Shown here piece by piece: positions 13,503 through 26,284 of a DNA stretch of 64,000 nt. Both the position numbers and the translations under genes were made by a program. A model generated the notes under the pieces. It searched no databases and was not told where the DNA came from. It saw only the letters and a list, made by a program, of their open reading frames with translations. Location: contig NC_134031.1 in the NCBI RefSeq assembly GCF_964204645.1, forward strand, positions 20,033,910 to 20,097,909, given 5' to 3'. How positions within the stretch are numbered: the first letter of the stretch is position 1; each line of letters begins with the position of its first letter. Source of the stretch: Tubulanus polymorphus (taxonomy: Eukaryota; Animalia; Nemertea).

Positions 13503-14441
13503 ACAATTACTGTGAAAAATCTGTAGGGGCCTATTTTGAAATGATTTGAATACCAAATATGATAGAGCAGATCTATTCCTATATGATATATCAATTCCTA
13601 TTAAAATGAACTGCTCCACTTCATATTTCAGATGAAATTTCGCCAAAAAAAATTCTGTATTTTTACCCCACAAAAAATTCGATCATTCTTACGGCTTTTG
13701 TTACACGGAATCTTTTCATTACCAGCGACTTGTCATTCTCGTATTCTGTCTACCCTTCACGCATCTTATCCTTACCGCGTCGTCTGCCAATTTCCGCCAT
13801 TGATACACGTTTATGAAATGGCCCTCTTCGCCCTCGTACATTCTTTGAGTCAAATAATTGTCGGTTACCATGGTTACTAATTTGTCGGTGACGGAAAAGG
13901 CGTCCGCGCGGCTGTTACTGACCGGCAGTAATAAAAGATAATGAATTAAAAATGGCTGGACACCGCACACGAGTTTCCGAGCCTAGCACGCATACAGCAC
14001 GAGATTGGCGCTGAACAGAAACGTCTTTCCGGCTTGTTTCATGTCTGGAACAAGAAATGCTGATTCACCTATAAAACTCTGCGCGATGGTCTCTGTGGGT
14101 GAACTAGAAATGCTGCCACCATAGCCGACTGAAATGTCACTTGTTGAGAAATGTGGTGCCAAATCGTCTCTTGTGTGATCGTGGCTTTAGTGACTGAAGT
14201 AAATCATTTTTCGTGCGAAATCTTTATGATTATAGCATAAGTTGGTGGCTTTAAGAGGTTAACATTCATAGAATCTTCATCCTCTTTACTTGTAGACGAC
14301 CGTGAATTCTATATTCTCATAAATCGCTCTTGTATAAATGATTTTTTCTCGGTATAAAAAGTTGCATTTGTCGTGTGTCGTTGAGTTCTAGACCATAAAT
14401 CAGCGGTTATGAAATATCCACTGAACAGCGCAGGTTTAGAT

Positions 14442-14442
<1 letters not shown>

Positions 14443-14538
<96 letters not shown>
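14443..14538. repeat. (CAG)n microsatellite, ~32 units, non-coding
   Basis: Perfect AGC/CAG run with no supporting ORF or exon. Confidence 0.95.
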
Positions 14539-14777
14539 TGTGATGGGCGGCGGTTTATTCATGTTTGATCCTCGGTTTTAATCGAAACATGAAAACCCCA
14601 TCATCTGAAATCTTAACTTCGTCGTTTTCTGCACCGAAGATGAAAATAATGTTTACTCTTGTTGAGGTTTTTCTATTTGATCGGTTTGAGTTACTTCAGT
14701 CGGGCGACACTAAAATGACACTAAAACGGTAGCAATTTTAATAGCACTGTTGTGGTAGCTAAGTCACCGGGTCTTCA

Positions 14778-15445
14778 TTATACTCTGCAATTTAATTAAG
14801 GGGTATAATATACTATGGAATGAGGTTGTCTCTATCTGTCTATCTGTCTTATCTGAGGTTGTCTCTGTCTGTCTGTCTGTCTATCTGTCTGTCTGTCCGT
14901 CTGTCCGTCTGTCTGTCTATCCGTCTTGCTGTAAGTCAGTCTTGCTGTCTGTCAGTCTGTCTGTCTGTCTATCTGTCTGTCCGTCTGTCTGTCTATCCGT
15001 CTTGCTGTAAGTCAGTCTTGCTGTCTGTCAGTCTGTCTGTCTGTCTATCTATCTGTCTGTCTGTCTGTCTATCTGTCTTGCTGTAAGTCAGTCTTGCTGT
15101 CTGTCAGTCCGTCTGTCTTGCTGTTTGTCCAAGAAGTGGATCTTGTCCTCAGAACTTGATGTTTGACATTTGATCAAACTTCAGAGTTGTTTGTTTTGGT
15201 GCGTAGTCGTGCACCGGTAATTTGTTTCAAGTTTTTTAAGATGGCTGACTGATGGCCATCTTTGATTTCGTGCGAAGAAATCCCTCTAGGCTCCTAGTCA
15301 TATTTCGATAAGACTTTACAGAGTTTATCTGCTCGGGGTTTGTAGTTACGTAGCGCCGTGATTTGTGTTGTTTTTGTAAGTAAGTAGTTCTTTACGGTTA
15401 TATGGGAAATTGGTATTTGTTTGCCTCTGGCGTTCAGTTCTAGTT
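14778..15445 (+). mobile_element. DINE-1/HINE-like (Helentron-associated) non-autonomous element with an expanded (TCTG)n tract
   Basis: A 5' hairpin ATTATACTCT...GGGGTATAAT is followed by a degenerate (GTCT)n tract (14826-15125), an internal AAGATGGCT..GGCCATCTT palindrome and a 3' end ...TTCTAGTT. Confidence 0.5.
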
Positions 15446-15923
15446 ATCGCACTCACAACAACCTGTGTTCAGTATATATATACACGTACACATATTGCCT
15501 ACTGTCACGATGAATTTTTTCTATTATCACGAGAAGCGATGGAAAATCATCGACGAACAATGAATGATTGAGACGGTATTACGGGTATTACGAGCAAATC
15601 CAGCGTAATATTAATACAGCCAATTTCCGCTTGTAATTCGTGTTGATTGGACGATTGTGTAAATGTCGCGGTGACGTATTGCTTTTTCTACCGCTAGAAA
15701 AATATGCAAAACTGGTTTATATCGATTTTGAGAGCGAAAAGAGAATGGGAATTATTATCGTTGTCAATATTTGTCTCCGTTATAGTTTGAATTGCAGCTG
15801 AAATCATAATCAACCCACTTAATGGATATCAGGACTTCAGGGGTTCGAATTTGAATTGTAGTTTAACGGATAACTTTAATAATACAGGAGCTTTGTGTCG
15901 ACTAATGAAATTCTAAATTTGGG

Positions 15924-16120
15924 GTTCACACGTAAATCACTTACTCGTTGCTATAATGGGATCGAAATGATGCTGTGGCAAGTGAGGTGAGTCACTTCCA
16001 CGACCAGTTTGCAGTCAACCCATTTTTTACCCATGCTAAAATTCTCTATGGGCCCGGTCTGAAATTTTTGGTCGGGCCAAATTTGGTCTGGTTCAAAAAC
16101 GCTCGTACGATAGTAGCTTA
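15924..16120 (+). mobile_element. Partial copy of the dispersed ATCACACG-TIR MITE family
   Basis: Core CACGTAAATCACTTACTCGTTGCTATAATGGGATCGAAATGATGCTGTGGCAAGTGAGGTGAGTCACTTCC is shared with copies at ~19000, ~25100 and (reverse) ~25930 and ~32010. Confidence 0.7.
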
Positions 16121-16513
16121 AGCCATTCTGTGAAACTGCCCCTGGTGCGGAGCTATTTTTGCGATGTTGAACAGACAGATAATATCCTTGAGACTCGAGA
16201 CGTGGACTGAATAAGATCAGTATTGTTGGGACTATAATATAATCTGTACTGGTCAGATTGATCCTTACCTGACTTCCTGTTAATAGCGTCATTTGGACAG
16301 CCTTTAATCAAGAAAATGCCGACAGTAATAGATTATCTAATCACCTAACAACGCTCCGAGGTGTCTTTCATTGGATACAGATTTTTTCAAGGGTCATTGA
16401 CGGCCGGATGATTACAGTTTTTTATTTTGCCTCGATAAAATGTGTCAAAGTATGTGATTTTTGTGTATGAAATGAGCAAGTAAAATGCAAATGGTTGCGT
16501 TCAATTTTGCTGG

Positions 16514-16837
16514 TAACTTCTGAATATGATTCAGTAAAATGTCACCCGATTATAGATCAGTTAAGATTAATGTTTGTATATGTATATTTAGCTTTAGGCA
16601 ATAACGAGTTGAACATATCTACGGCCACTGCAGTAATGCTGTAATATTCACTGGTTTGTTTCCTCCATGTAAAGATGCCAGGAGGTGTGAAACTGATGAT
16701 TAGCGTATAGCAGCTTCAGCACAAGTACTTTACCTCCTGGTATTTAACTAGTTATTGCCTAAAGCTAAATATACAAATACATACATAAATCATAACTGAT
16801 TTATCATCGCAATTTACTGAATCATATTTCGAAGTTA
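16514..16837. mobile_element. MITE-like fold-back element with ~100 bp imperfect TIRs
   Basis: TAACTTCTGAATATGATTCAGTAAA...TATATTTAGCTTTAGGCAATAAC pairs with GTTATTGCCTAAAGCTAAATATA...TTTACTGAATCATATTTCGAAGTTA. Confidence 0.8.
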
Positions 16838-17954
16838 GGAACGATACGAGAATTTATTTAGTAGCAGCAAAATTGAACTATTCAAAATAATCATCATTCT
16901 CTTCATCGTTTAGATCCATGATTTAAAAATCTAAGGCCCAACTGTCGGTTAGTTAAATTCCCTAATCAAAATATTTTGATTTTTCCATATTCCCCTCTTG
17001 ATATCTACTTTTAATCAAATTTCCGTCGATGAATAACTTTTTCGCCCGCATTTTTACCACAGGGTAGGAATCCACTTAGTTTATTGAGTAGTTGACATTT
17101 TACTAGCTGCTGTAGTCAGAGGCCCTGTGATCAGTGGTGCGAAAATAGCAACTTGATAAACAATTCTCCTAAAAGCGGCCACGAGTTCGTCTGACAGAAT
17201 TCGTTAACTTCTTTGTGCGAGTTTCTAAATTGAAACACTGATGACGCAGTGAGTTCGATTACAGTCATTACAGAGAGAGAACTGTTAGTTACAGGCAATT
17301 CTCATCAACATCACGCGCTATTTATGACATGTTTTTTCTCCATTTCCAGTGACCAAACAAAAACTACCGAACTGACCACCAACTCCAGTCATCAGTCTGT
17401 AGATAGTAACGATTAGGCGAGGACGGGTTTAGGGGGATGGATCAGTCCACCCGGACCACCCCTTCAAAATTTCAATGTACCCTTAAAAGCATCTGGAAAA
17501 TTTTAAAAAGACCAAAAAATTAATCAAAATGTGCTCTGTTAGCTTAATGGCCAGAAAGGTCCTTTTTTGTTCTTCAGTTCTCCGTGGTAGGGCCACCGAA
17601 ACCCCATCAATACTTTGCTGGCAGCCCTTGCATTGGCAAACCTGCCGTTTTCAATTTAATTGCCTTTTTCAATTTCCTAAGTCCACCCTTGTTAGAGTGG
17701 AATGACATGCACTCGTCGGGGACCGAACCAAGTTTGTATTTTTGAAAAACCGTTGCTTAAAAAGAGAAGAAAATTACTTATTGCTTATTTACGTACAAGG
17801 TACGATGATTTAAGACGTATGATAAGATCCCAAAGTACAGAAGAAAAACAGGTGTGAAAAGTTTCCTTGAGTTTATTTCAATGAGATTAATTTAGTAACC
17901 AGAAGAGTAACAAACAAGGAGTAATGCATCATAAAAACAGTGGTAAACTAAATA

Positions 17955-18294
17955 TTGGTTCTCAGGAGACCTTTATTCTCATACTGTCTGTCTGTGTGTG
18001 TGTCTTTCAGCTACTTAGTTTTGTTGATAGTTGGTCGATCTTGATGAAACTTGGGTATAATATTAATATGGGGTCTAGTTGTGCAGTGCAAAGAATGGGA
18101 CCAGCAGAACTAGGCACTAAAAATTGTTTTTCAGCGACATTACCTTGAAGATGACCTCGGAACGGGGTCGAAATTCTAAAAGTTGTCTCGTCAAAATTTA
18201 GGTATTGGCCAAAAATATACAAAATACATTGGAAAACTAATGCATGGTAATTTTGGAGTTCGAGTCTGAGAACCATTGTCGCCTATGGCTTGTT
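17955..18294 (+). mobile_element. HINE/DINE-like non-autonomous element
   Basis: It has subterminal inverted repeats TGGTTCTCAG and CTGAGAACCA, a short (CTGT)n tract near the 5' end, a TTGATGAAACTTGG motif and a 3' end GGCTTGTT. Confidence 0.55.
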
Positions 18295-18905
18295 TATCTT
18301 TTCTATCACAAGATGTGATATATAATTGTTAGAAGATTGGACGGAGCGTAACACACACGTAATTGCAATGTGAACCGTATAGGTAGACGCAGTTAAAGGT
18401 CACGTTTAGGTCACAAGTGATTCCAATAGAATTCATATTAATTGTGTTAATCATTGATGTAACACATAGACGAATCCAATCATGCGAAAAATACGACATT
18501 TGTTCATTACAACGTTCTATTATTGTTGCATTTCGTTCGTAGCCCGCAGATGCTGTTGCTATGACTACGAGACATTCCGCTGAAAGAGACATGTCTGGGA
18601 AAGTGCGTTATGTAACTAGTTAATGAAATTTGGCTTTTTTATGAGCTCTCATAAAACTGCGTACTTTGTTTTTTGCCAAAGCGATAGTGATATTCCTGCT
18701 TTGAAGTCGGAGAATATTCAGATATTCCTGCTTTGAAGTAGAATTGGTGAAGCCAACGATGATTTCCAAATTAGGAGATGGATATTTCACTCTTTTAATG
18801 TCTCTTAAGATATGTTGATTTCGGAATCAAGTATTGATATGGAATCAGTAATTGTCTGAATAAACTCCACGTAGCTAGACTTGTTAATGCTAAAATGGCC
18901 TTGAA

Positions 18906-19155
18906 TCGCGATCACACGGAGATGATTTGGCCCGGATCTAAATGGCCCAGACCGGTCTTGAGCCAAATTTGACCTATGCTTAGTAAGAAAGCACGTTCAC
19001 ACGTAAATCACTGACTCGTTACTATAATGGTATCAAAATGATGCCGTGGCAAGTGAGTTGAGTCACTTCCTTAGCATTCACGCAGTATAATTTGACCTGT
19101 GCTAGATTTTGGTTGGGCCAAGTTTTACCCATGTCAAACACTCGTGTGATCGCGA
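18906..19155 (+). mobile_element. Full-length ATCACACG-TIR MITE copy
   Basis: TIRs TCGCGATCACACG and CGTGTGATCGCGA enclose the shared family core. Confidence 0.8.
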
Positions 19156-19495
19156 CAATATTAAAAAAGTGATTTCTACCTGAATGACCCTGTTTGATCT
19201 GTATGGGTAAACACATGTTTTGTTGGCTGACTCGTACTGATAACACTTTAACAAGCTCCGTCTGACAAAGCTGTGAATAAAGAGAGAATCTTTTGTTCGT
19301 GTGAAAAATCAACTGCTCATTTTTCCAGATGGAATATATCGGGATTCATGTACTGCCGGTTGAAGGTCTCCGGTGTAGTAAAGAGCTTACATGAAAATCA
19401 CCGGCCAATTTATCATGCATCTTACTGAGAAAAACTGTTCTTATCAATTATTAGTGATTCACATAATAAGTCTCATTATTGAATACAGAGAAGTT

Positions 19496-20768
19496 ACCGA
19501 TAGAGGTAGACTGGGAAGGTTTATACTGGTACAGGTAGACTCGGAAGGTTTATACCGATAGAGGTAGACTCGGAAGGTTTATACCGATAGAGGTAGACTC
19601 GGAAGGTTTATACCGATAGAGGTAGACTCGGAAGGTTTATACCGATAGAGGTAGACTCGGAAGGTTTATACCGATAGAGGTAGACTCGGAAGGTTTATAC
19701 CGATAGAGGTAGACTCGGAAGGTTTATACCGATAGAGGTAGACTCGGAAGGTTTATACCGATAGAGGTAGACTCGGAAGGTTTATACCGATAGAGGTAGA
19801 CTCGGAAGGTTTATACCGATAGAGGTAGACTCGGAAGGTTTATACCGATAGAGGTAGACTCGGAAGGTTTATACCGATAGAGGTAGACTCGGAAGGTTTA
19901 TACCAATACAGGTAGACTCGGAAGGTTTATACCGATAGAGGTAGACTCGGAAGGTTTATACCGATAGAGGTAGACTCGGAAGGTTTATACCGATAGAGGT
20001 AGACTCGGAAGGTTTATACCGATACAGGTAGACTGGGAAGGTTTATACCGATACAGGTAGACTCGGAAGGTTTATACCGATAGAGGTAGACTCGGAAGGT
20101 TTATACCGATAGAGGTAGACTCGGAAGGTTTATACCGATACAGGTAGACTGGGAAGGTTTATACCGATACAGGTAGACTCGGAAGGTTTATACCGATAGA
20201 GGTAGACTCGGAAGGTTTATACCGATAGAGGTAGACTCGGAAGGTTTATACCAATACAGGTAGACTCGGAAGGTTTATACCGATAGAGGTAGACTCGGAA
20301 GGTTTATAGCGATAGAGGTAGACTCGGAAGGTTTATACCGATAGAGGTAGACTCGGAAGGTTTATACCGATAGAGGTAGACTCGGAAGGTTTATACCGAT
20401 ACAGGTAGACTCGGAAGGTTTATACCGATACAGGTAGACTGGGAAGGTTTATACCGATACAGGTAGACTCGGAAGGTTTGTACCGATAGAGGTAGACTCG
20501 GAAGGTTTATACTGGTACAGGTAGACTCGGAAGGTTTATACCGATAGAGGTAGACTCGGAAGGTTTATAGCGATAGAGGTAGACTCGGAAGGTTTATACC
20601 GATAGAGGTAGACTCGGAAGGTTTATACTGGTACAGGTAGACTCGGAAGGTTTATACCGATAGAGGTAGACTCGGAAGGTTTATAGCGATAGAGGTAGAC
20701 TCGGAAGGTTTATACCGATAGAGGTAGACTCGGAAGGTTTATACTGGTACAGGTAGACTCGGAAGGTT
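19496..20768. repeat. 29 bp minisatellite, ~44 copies
   Basis: Unit CCGATAGAGGTAGACTCGGAAGGTTTATA with a few point variants. Confidence 0.97.
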
Positions 20769-21510
20769 AACGCTTTTAAATCATTTCAACTTTGTGTATA
20801 GTTGGGTTTTAAATGAATCGATCCGTTCTCCACATCAGAGTACATGGGCTATTCTACTAGGGGGTAATTATCTGAAACAATAGTGTGAATATAAACTGCA
20901 ATATGAATCTATATCCATTTTGCCTATCAATTCAGTCCATTAGAGTCCTCAAACACGAATCTTTTATTCTCGATGATAAGAGGTATATGTTTACTGTTCT
21001 TTGTGCTTCTTGCTGTCCTTGATTCTCCCGGGGATTGGAATAAGAGGGAAGATGAGCCACGTACATACAGCTCACGTACATACATACATGTACGTACATA
21101 CATGTACGTACACTGATACGCGACAAATAAATTGATGAAGATGCAATCAAACAATCATTGATAACTAATACTCTGTGATGACATGTTGTTTTGATGACGA
21201 TGATGTTAGTTGTGATCGTCCTTCAGCTCGCCTCAGGCAGCTCTGATTCTATCAGTGTCTAGACCGGCGCTTGTTTTGTCATATTTACCGCAATCACAGC
21301 AACAACGCTATCATCATTAACTGTAACATCAGAGATGACTAGACTCGTTGTTTCCGGTTAGTGTCTACACTACTAACTCGGGCCTGGTCCAAACACGTGT
21401 AGCCCATTTAGTCCGGGCCCAAAACACTCGTGTAAGCGTGGCTTTTATCTGTTCGATGCGAAATGCAATATGCATAAATTGTCCTGAAGCTATATATGTA
21501 TAAGCTGATA

Positions 21511-21546
<36 letters not shown>

Positions 21547-21710
21547 CACTATTCATTGGATGTTTGCGTACTTTCACTAGTTAGTCAGAGTTAATGGAAA
21601 AATTCAATAAAATACAAGTATTTTTAGTGATGCGGTCAATATAAAATAGCATTATAACGTATGTGTGAATGTATTGAATCGGTGGTCTATATATCGATGT
21701 CTCTCCTCTC

Positions 21711-22029
<319 letters not shown>

Positions 22030-23147
22030 GTGCACACTCACTCGCGTTCTCTCTTCGTTTCTGATCGCGCCTTCATTCTGGTGGTGGTAATTTGCAGCTC
22101 ATGGCAACAGCGTAAATTTAGTTATGTTGACGTGAGACTGGTAACATCACTACAGCCACGCATACAACACTGCATTCACACGGTGACAACGTTTCATTTT
22201 TCTGTTCTTACTTTTCTTCTAAGAATCAGCGCAGATCATTTGTGATTTTCATTTTTCTTGGATAAACTTCAGCCGAGGAATATAAGCTAATTAATGTCAT
22301 TGATGTGCTCACTCGATGTAAGTTAGAGATAAATTCCACAATAATTCAGCTGATGATGTAAGTTATTGTCTATATATTTGAGCAACGTTCCGGCTAACGA
22401 CTATGAGCCATTGACAGTACGCCTGATCTTTAGCCTAAACGGCGCTCAAATATCGAAAAATATTGAAACCATTTATTCAAGAACTTAACAACTTTGTCTG
22501 AAGTGAGATATTGCGTAACTTCTTGACTCATCTCTAGTTGATTAATGAACTGGAAGTAAATTAGAATGTTGTTAATTGTACGTTAAGCAGGTTGAAAAGC
22601 GTTGTGCGATCGTGACATACATCGCTATATTACAAAATATATAAACATTGTAGTTAAAAATTAATGACGTTTTTGAGTATTACATAAATATGTGTAATAT
22701 ACAGACGTATCAGACGTATATATTTGAATTGGTGGCGCTCCTCTTGTTGAATTACCTGCTGTTATTGTTTGATGATAATTCTTGCCGTAAATCATATTTC
22801 AGATGTGAATGGTCATAAAGCTCATATTGCACGCAGTTCTCCAGCTGAGATACTAAATTAAACATCGTAAACAGTAGCAGTGTCGTTAGAGCCCGTCATA
22901 TGTGACCGAAAGGTTAGTTAATGACGTTCATTCAGATAATTAGTATTTCGTTAAAGCATAACCTGTTTACCTTTGACGTGAATACTGCAACATCGGGTTG
23001 AATTCAATGATCAAAAGTTTGAATTTTCAAAAACTGCCTAAATACTCATCGCGCTAATAAGGAGCGATTCCGTGAGATTCAGAGAAGGGACAGTTGCATA
23101 GACCAGTCTTAAAACTGTAGCCACTCGTAACAACAGACTTGAGTCAT

Positions 23148-23375
23148 TAGCTGTGATCACACGTGCCAAATTTCACACTTAAACCACTCACTGGATATTA
23201 AATAATGCTCAAACAAAGCGAAGTCAGTCACTTTCGGAACCATTTGCGATTCACACGCAATCTTTTACGCGCTAAAATTTGGCGTTTTTGGCCCAGGCCA
23301 AATTTGGCACCTGTGTAAAAAGTTGTTCCGGGTCTCATTTGGCACCGGCAAATGGTGCTCGTATGATCACAGCTA
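23148..23375 (+). mobile_element. ATCACACG-TIR MITE copy with TA flanks
   Basis: TAGCTGTGATCACACG ... CGTATGATCACAGCTA, with a diverged family core. Confidence 0.7.
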
Positions 23376-24696
23376 TAATTTTGCAACTGGTCTTCAAATA
23401 AATGAGTTGCAAAAATGAACTCTACTCGTATCAAAGAGTATTGTGTGTGGGTGGATGATCATGACACATTTATTGTATGCGCGTACATCTTATTGCTTGA
23501 ATTATTTCTGCATCTAAAAAGAAGGAGCAGATTTTCTATTCGTATCTCGCTACTCTGTGATTGCTTCATTATTCATTACAACGCGATGTATTGGATAAAA
23601 AAACACTCATTCTCAGCAGATTCAGTTTCTTATCACCGGATTAGTGAGTTGAATAATTTAACAGGAACAAATTTGTACAGTTCTGAGTTGATAGTACGTA
23701 CGTGTAATGGGGATCGACTTCAGATTTGTTTCATTGCCTTTTTTAACGTGGGAATCTAAGTGACCTAGCCTCATTTCAGTCATTTTGTTTTCAAAAGATT
23801 GTGAAAGAAAGTCTGGAATATTTGATATTGCCTTTTGACCAAAATAGAGTTCAGGTTGAAGCCATAACTGCGGAACTAAGTCCATGGTTTCAGCAGTTAT
23901 ATCTAGCCAAATTTTGTCCGTGCCAAATTTGACTTGGACCTGATCCGTGCCAATTTGGCTGGAGTTGCAGCTTTCTGTTATTGCTGATATTGGTTCAATG
24001 GAGGCTGTCTTAGATTATGGAACAAAAATTAAATTTTAGGCTATCAATGGGCTGATGATTTGGCGACCAGCTTTGATGACGTGTCTACTTCAAAAGAAAC
24101 CCCAAATGAGTTAAACTAGTTGACGTATATTGACTAGACATTTTCCAGACTTGCAACCCTCACTCTAACTCATGGCCTCCTTCGCCCAACATATCTCACT
24201 TGATCGACGACATCATTTGAGAGAGATTGAAACTTTTCGGTTGAATGCATAAGTTTCATTAGGATCCAATCAGGTTACACTTTGTGATCAAACAGCATTA
24301 CTCAGTGTTGCGTCTACTAAGTGTACGCACTTACCTGCCTTTGACATTTTACGCTTTTCTCATCTGGTTGTCTATCTGTAGTTCATTACAGCTGTGCGGT
24401 TCATTTGTCGATCATCAAACGTATCGGAATTTCTAGACGAGACTACAGGTGTTTTTATTGGACGCGGTGACCTTGTCCTAGTATCCTGTATATGGGATAA
24501 GTTTATAAGATATTCAGCAAGTCTGGATGACACTTGACATCAGTTCAGGTTGGAACGAACTCTGGTGGCAGCGCAATTTCTTGGTCAGTGATTCTTCTCT
24601 GGCTTCTAAGACGTGAACCTGCTTATAATAGCAGAGATGACATGGAGATTATTTGGGTCAGGTCAAACTGGCTAGGATCAGACGTTTAGTATGGCT

Positions 24697-24842
24697 CTCG
24701 TAGTTCAGCCTGTCGTAGTTCAGCCTGTCGTAGTATTGCTGTCGTACTACTGCTGTCGTAGTATTGCTGTCATAGTACTGCTGTCGTAGTTCAGGCTGTC
24801 GTAGTACTGCTGTCGTAGTTTAGGCTGTCGTAGTACTGCTGC
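24697..24842. repeat. 14-15 bp minisatellite, ~10 copies
   Basis: CTGTCGTAGT(TCAGC/ACTG/ATTG) is repeated. Confidence 0.9.
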
Positions 24843-25025
24843 TAATGTTATAATCAGTGTTGAATTAATGTTTGAAACTAGATTCAATTCATCTGTATGA
24901 AACTGTGACTGAACTAGAAAATCGATTTTCAGCTCTAATTTCGCTTGAAATTTCTGCAACCATCCAAGTGAAAACTCTGTCAATCACAGATACAGCACGC
25001 GTTTTATCACCAGTTTATCTCGTTA

Positions 25026-25340
25026 TAGCCGCGATCACACGGAGAACTCGGGTTAGACCCACAGTCATATTTGGCCCATTATGTAATTAGAGAGCGCGAT
25101 CGCATGTAAATCACTCACTGATTATTAAAATGCTTTTAAATGATGCTGTGGCAAGTGAGGTTAGTCGCTTTCAGAACCAACAAGCTTTCACACGCAATAA
25201 TCTAACACATGCTTAACACGGCCGTGGTCCGGTGTTTTCGGTCTGGCTGAATTTGAATTTGGGCCATGTAAAACTGGCCCATTTGGGGTTAGTGTGAACA
25301 GTTGGTATGCCCCAAATTTGGCTTTGGTCAAAAAGTTCAT
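25026..25340 (+). mobile_element. ATCACACG-TIR MITE copy (right end uncertain)
   Basis: Left TIR TAGCCGCGATCACACG plus core ATGATGCTGTGGCAAGTGAGGTTAGTCGCTTTC. Confidence 0.65.
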
Positions 25341-26284
25341 ATAATTGTGGTTTAGTAACTCTAAATCTGGTAATAGTAGTTGTAGTTTATATTTGTGTTT
25401 TTCTTTTTTAGGTAATGCGAGTATAAAGAATTGGTCGGTCTTACTGCCTGTCGACTCAAGTTTTTACATAACCCATTTCCAGGTAGGTTTCATTTAATCA
25501 GCGAAACTCAGGTATTTGTAAATGGGCGGTAAGTTGCCATCCTGCCCGGGCAAATTAGGCCTTTGGCTGATCAAGCAGAGATATCATGTAAAAACTCAGT
25601 TGAGCATTTAGAATTTCTAGGTTTAACACATTATCGCTGTTTCCCGATGTTGATTTCGGAGTCGCGCTGAACTGAATGACGTTTCTCTAGTGGATATCAC
25701 GTCACTTCGAATATGACAAGTATTTAGTCTCTACATCGAAGGAATGATTTCCACGGCAAAATCAAGCGAACTGTTTTGACCTCTGCCACATCAGGCCCAA
25801 CCGTTTACGCTGATGCTAGATAGTTCTGAGTCTCTTGATATGAGTCAAATTTTGCCCAACCGAAAGCATCGGACTAGGCTGAATTCTATCAATGGTCAAA
25901 TTATTCCATTCGAATGTTAACTGGTTCTGGAAGTGACTCACGTCAATTGCCACACTATCATTTTGGGAGCATTTTAGACATAACATGATTTAAGTGTAAA
26001 CGCCCTCTCTCTATAATAAGGCACCGGATCATCTCTTGTGTGTTGATATTAGAGAAGGGTTTTAAAAAGAGATAATCATCTAAAATGAGCAAATATTGTT
26101 CAACAAAACTTTTTGTGTATTTCTCTCACTGGACACTTGGTCAATATATGCAGGTTTGAGGTTCTCAAGACACGCTGTAGTCGGTGTAACTCGGCGATCC
26201 CTCGGAAGTGTCGAAGACAAATTTGTATATTTTCATCCTCTAGGTGGCGCTGAGGTATCAGTTCAGATGAGGCTGCCAAGGACA

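Noticed and set aside
14443-15086. Poly-Q exon from (CAG)n and the ORF at 14820-15086
   Set aside because: There is no splice context or conserved product, and both are simple-repeat translations.
15951-19312. Similar ORF ends (EVTHLTCHSIISIPL and EVTQLTCHGIILIPL) suggesting paralogous genes
   Set aside because: Both are antisense translations of the same non-coding MITE core.
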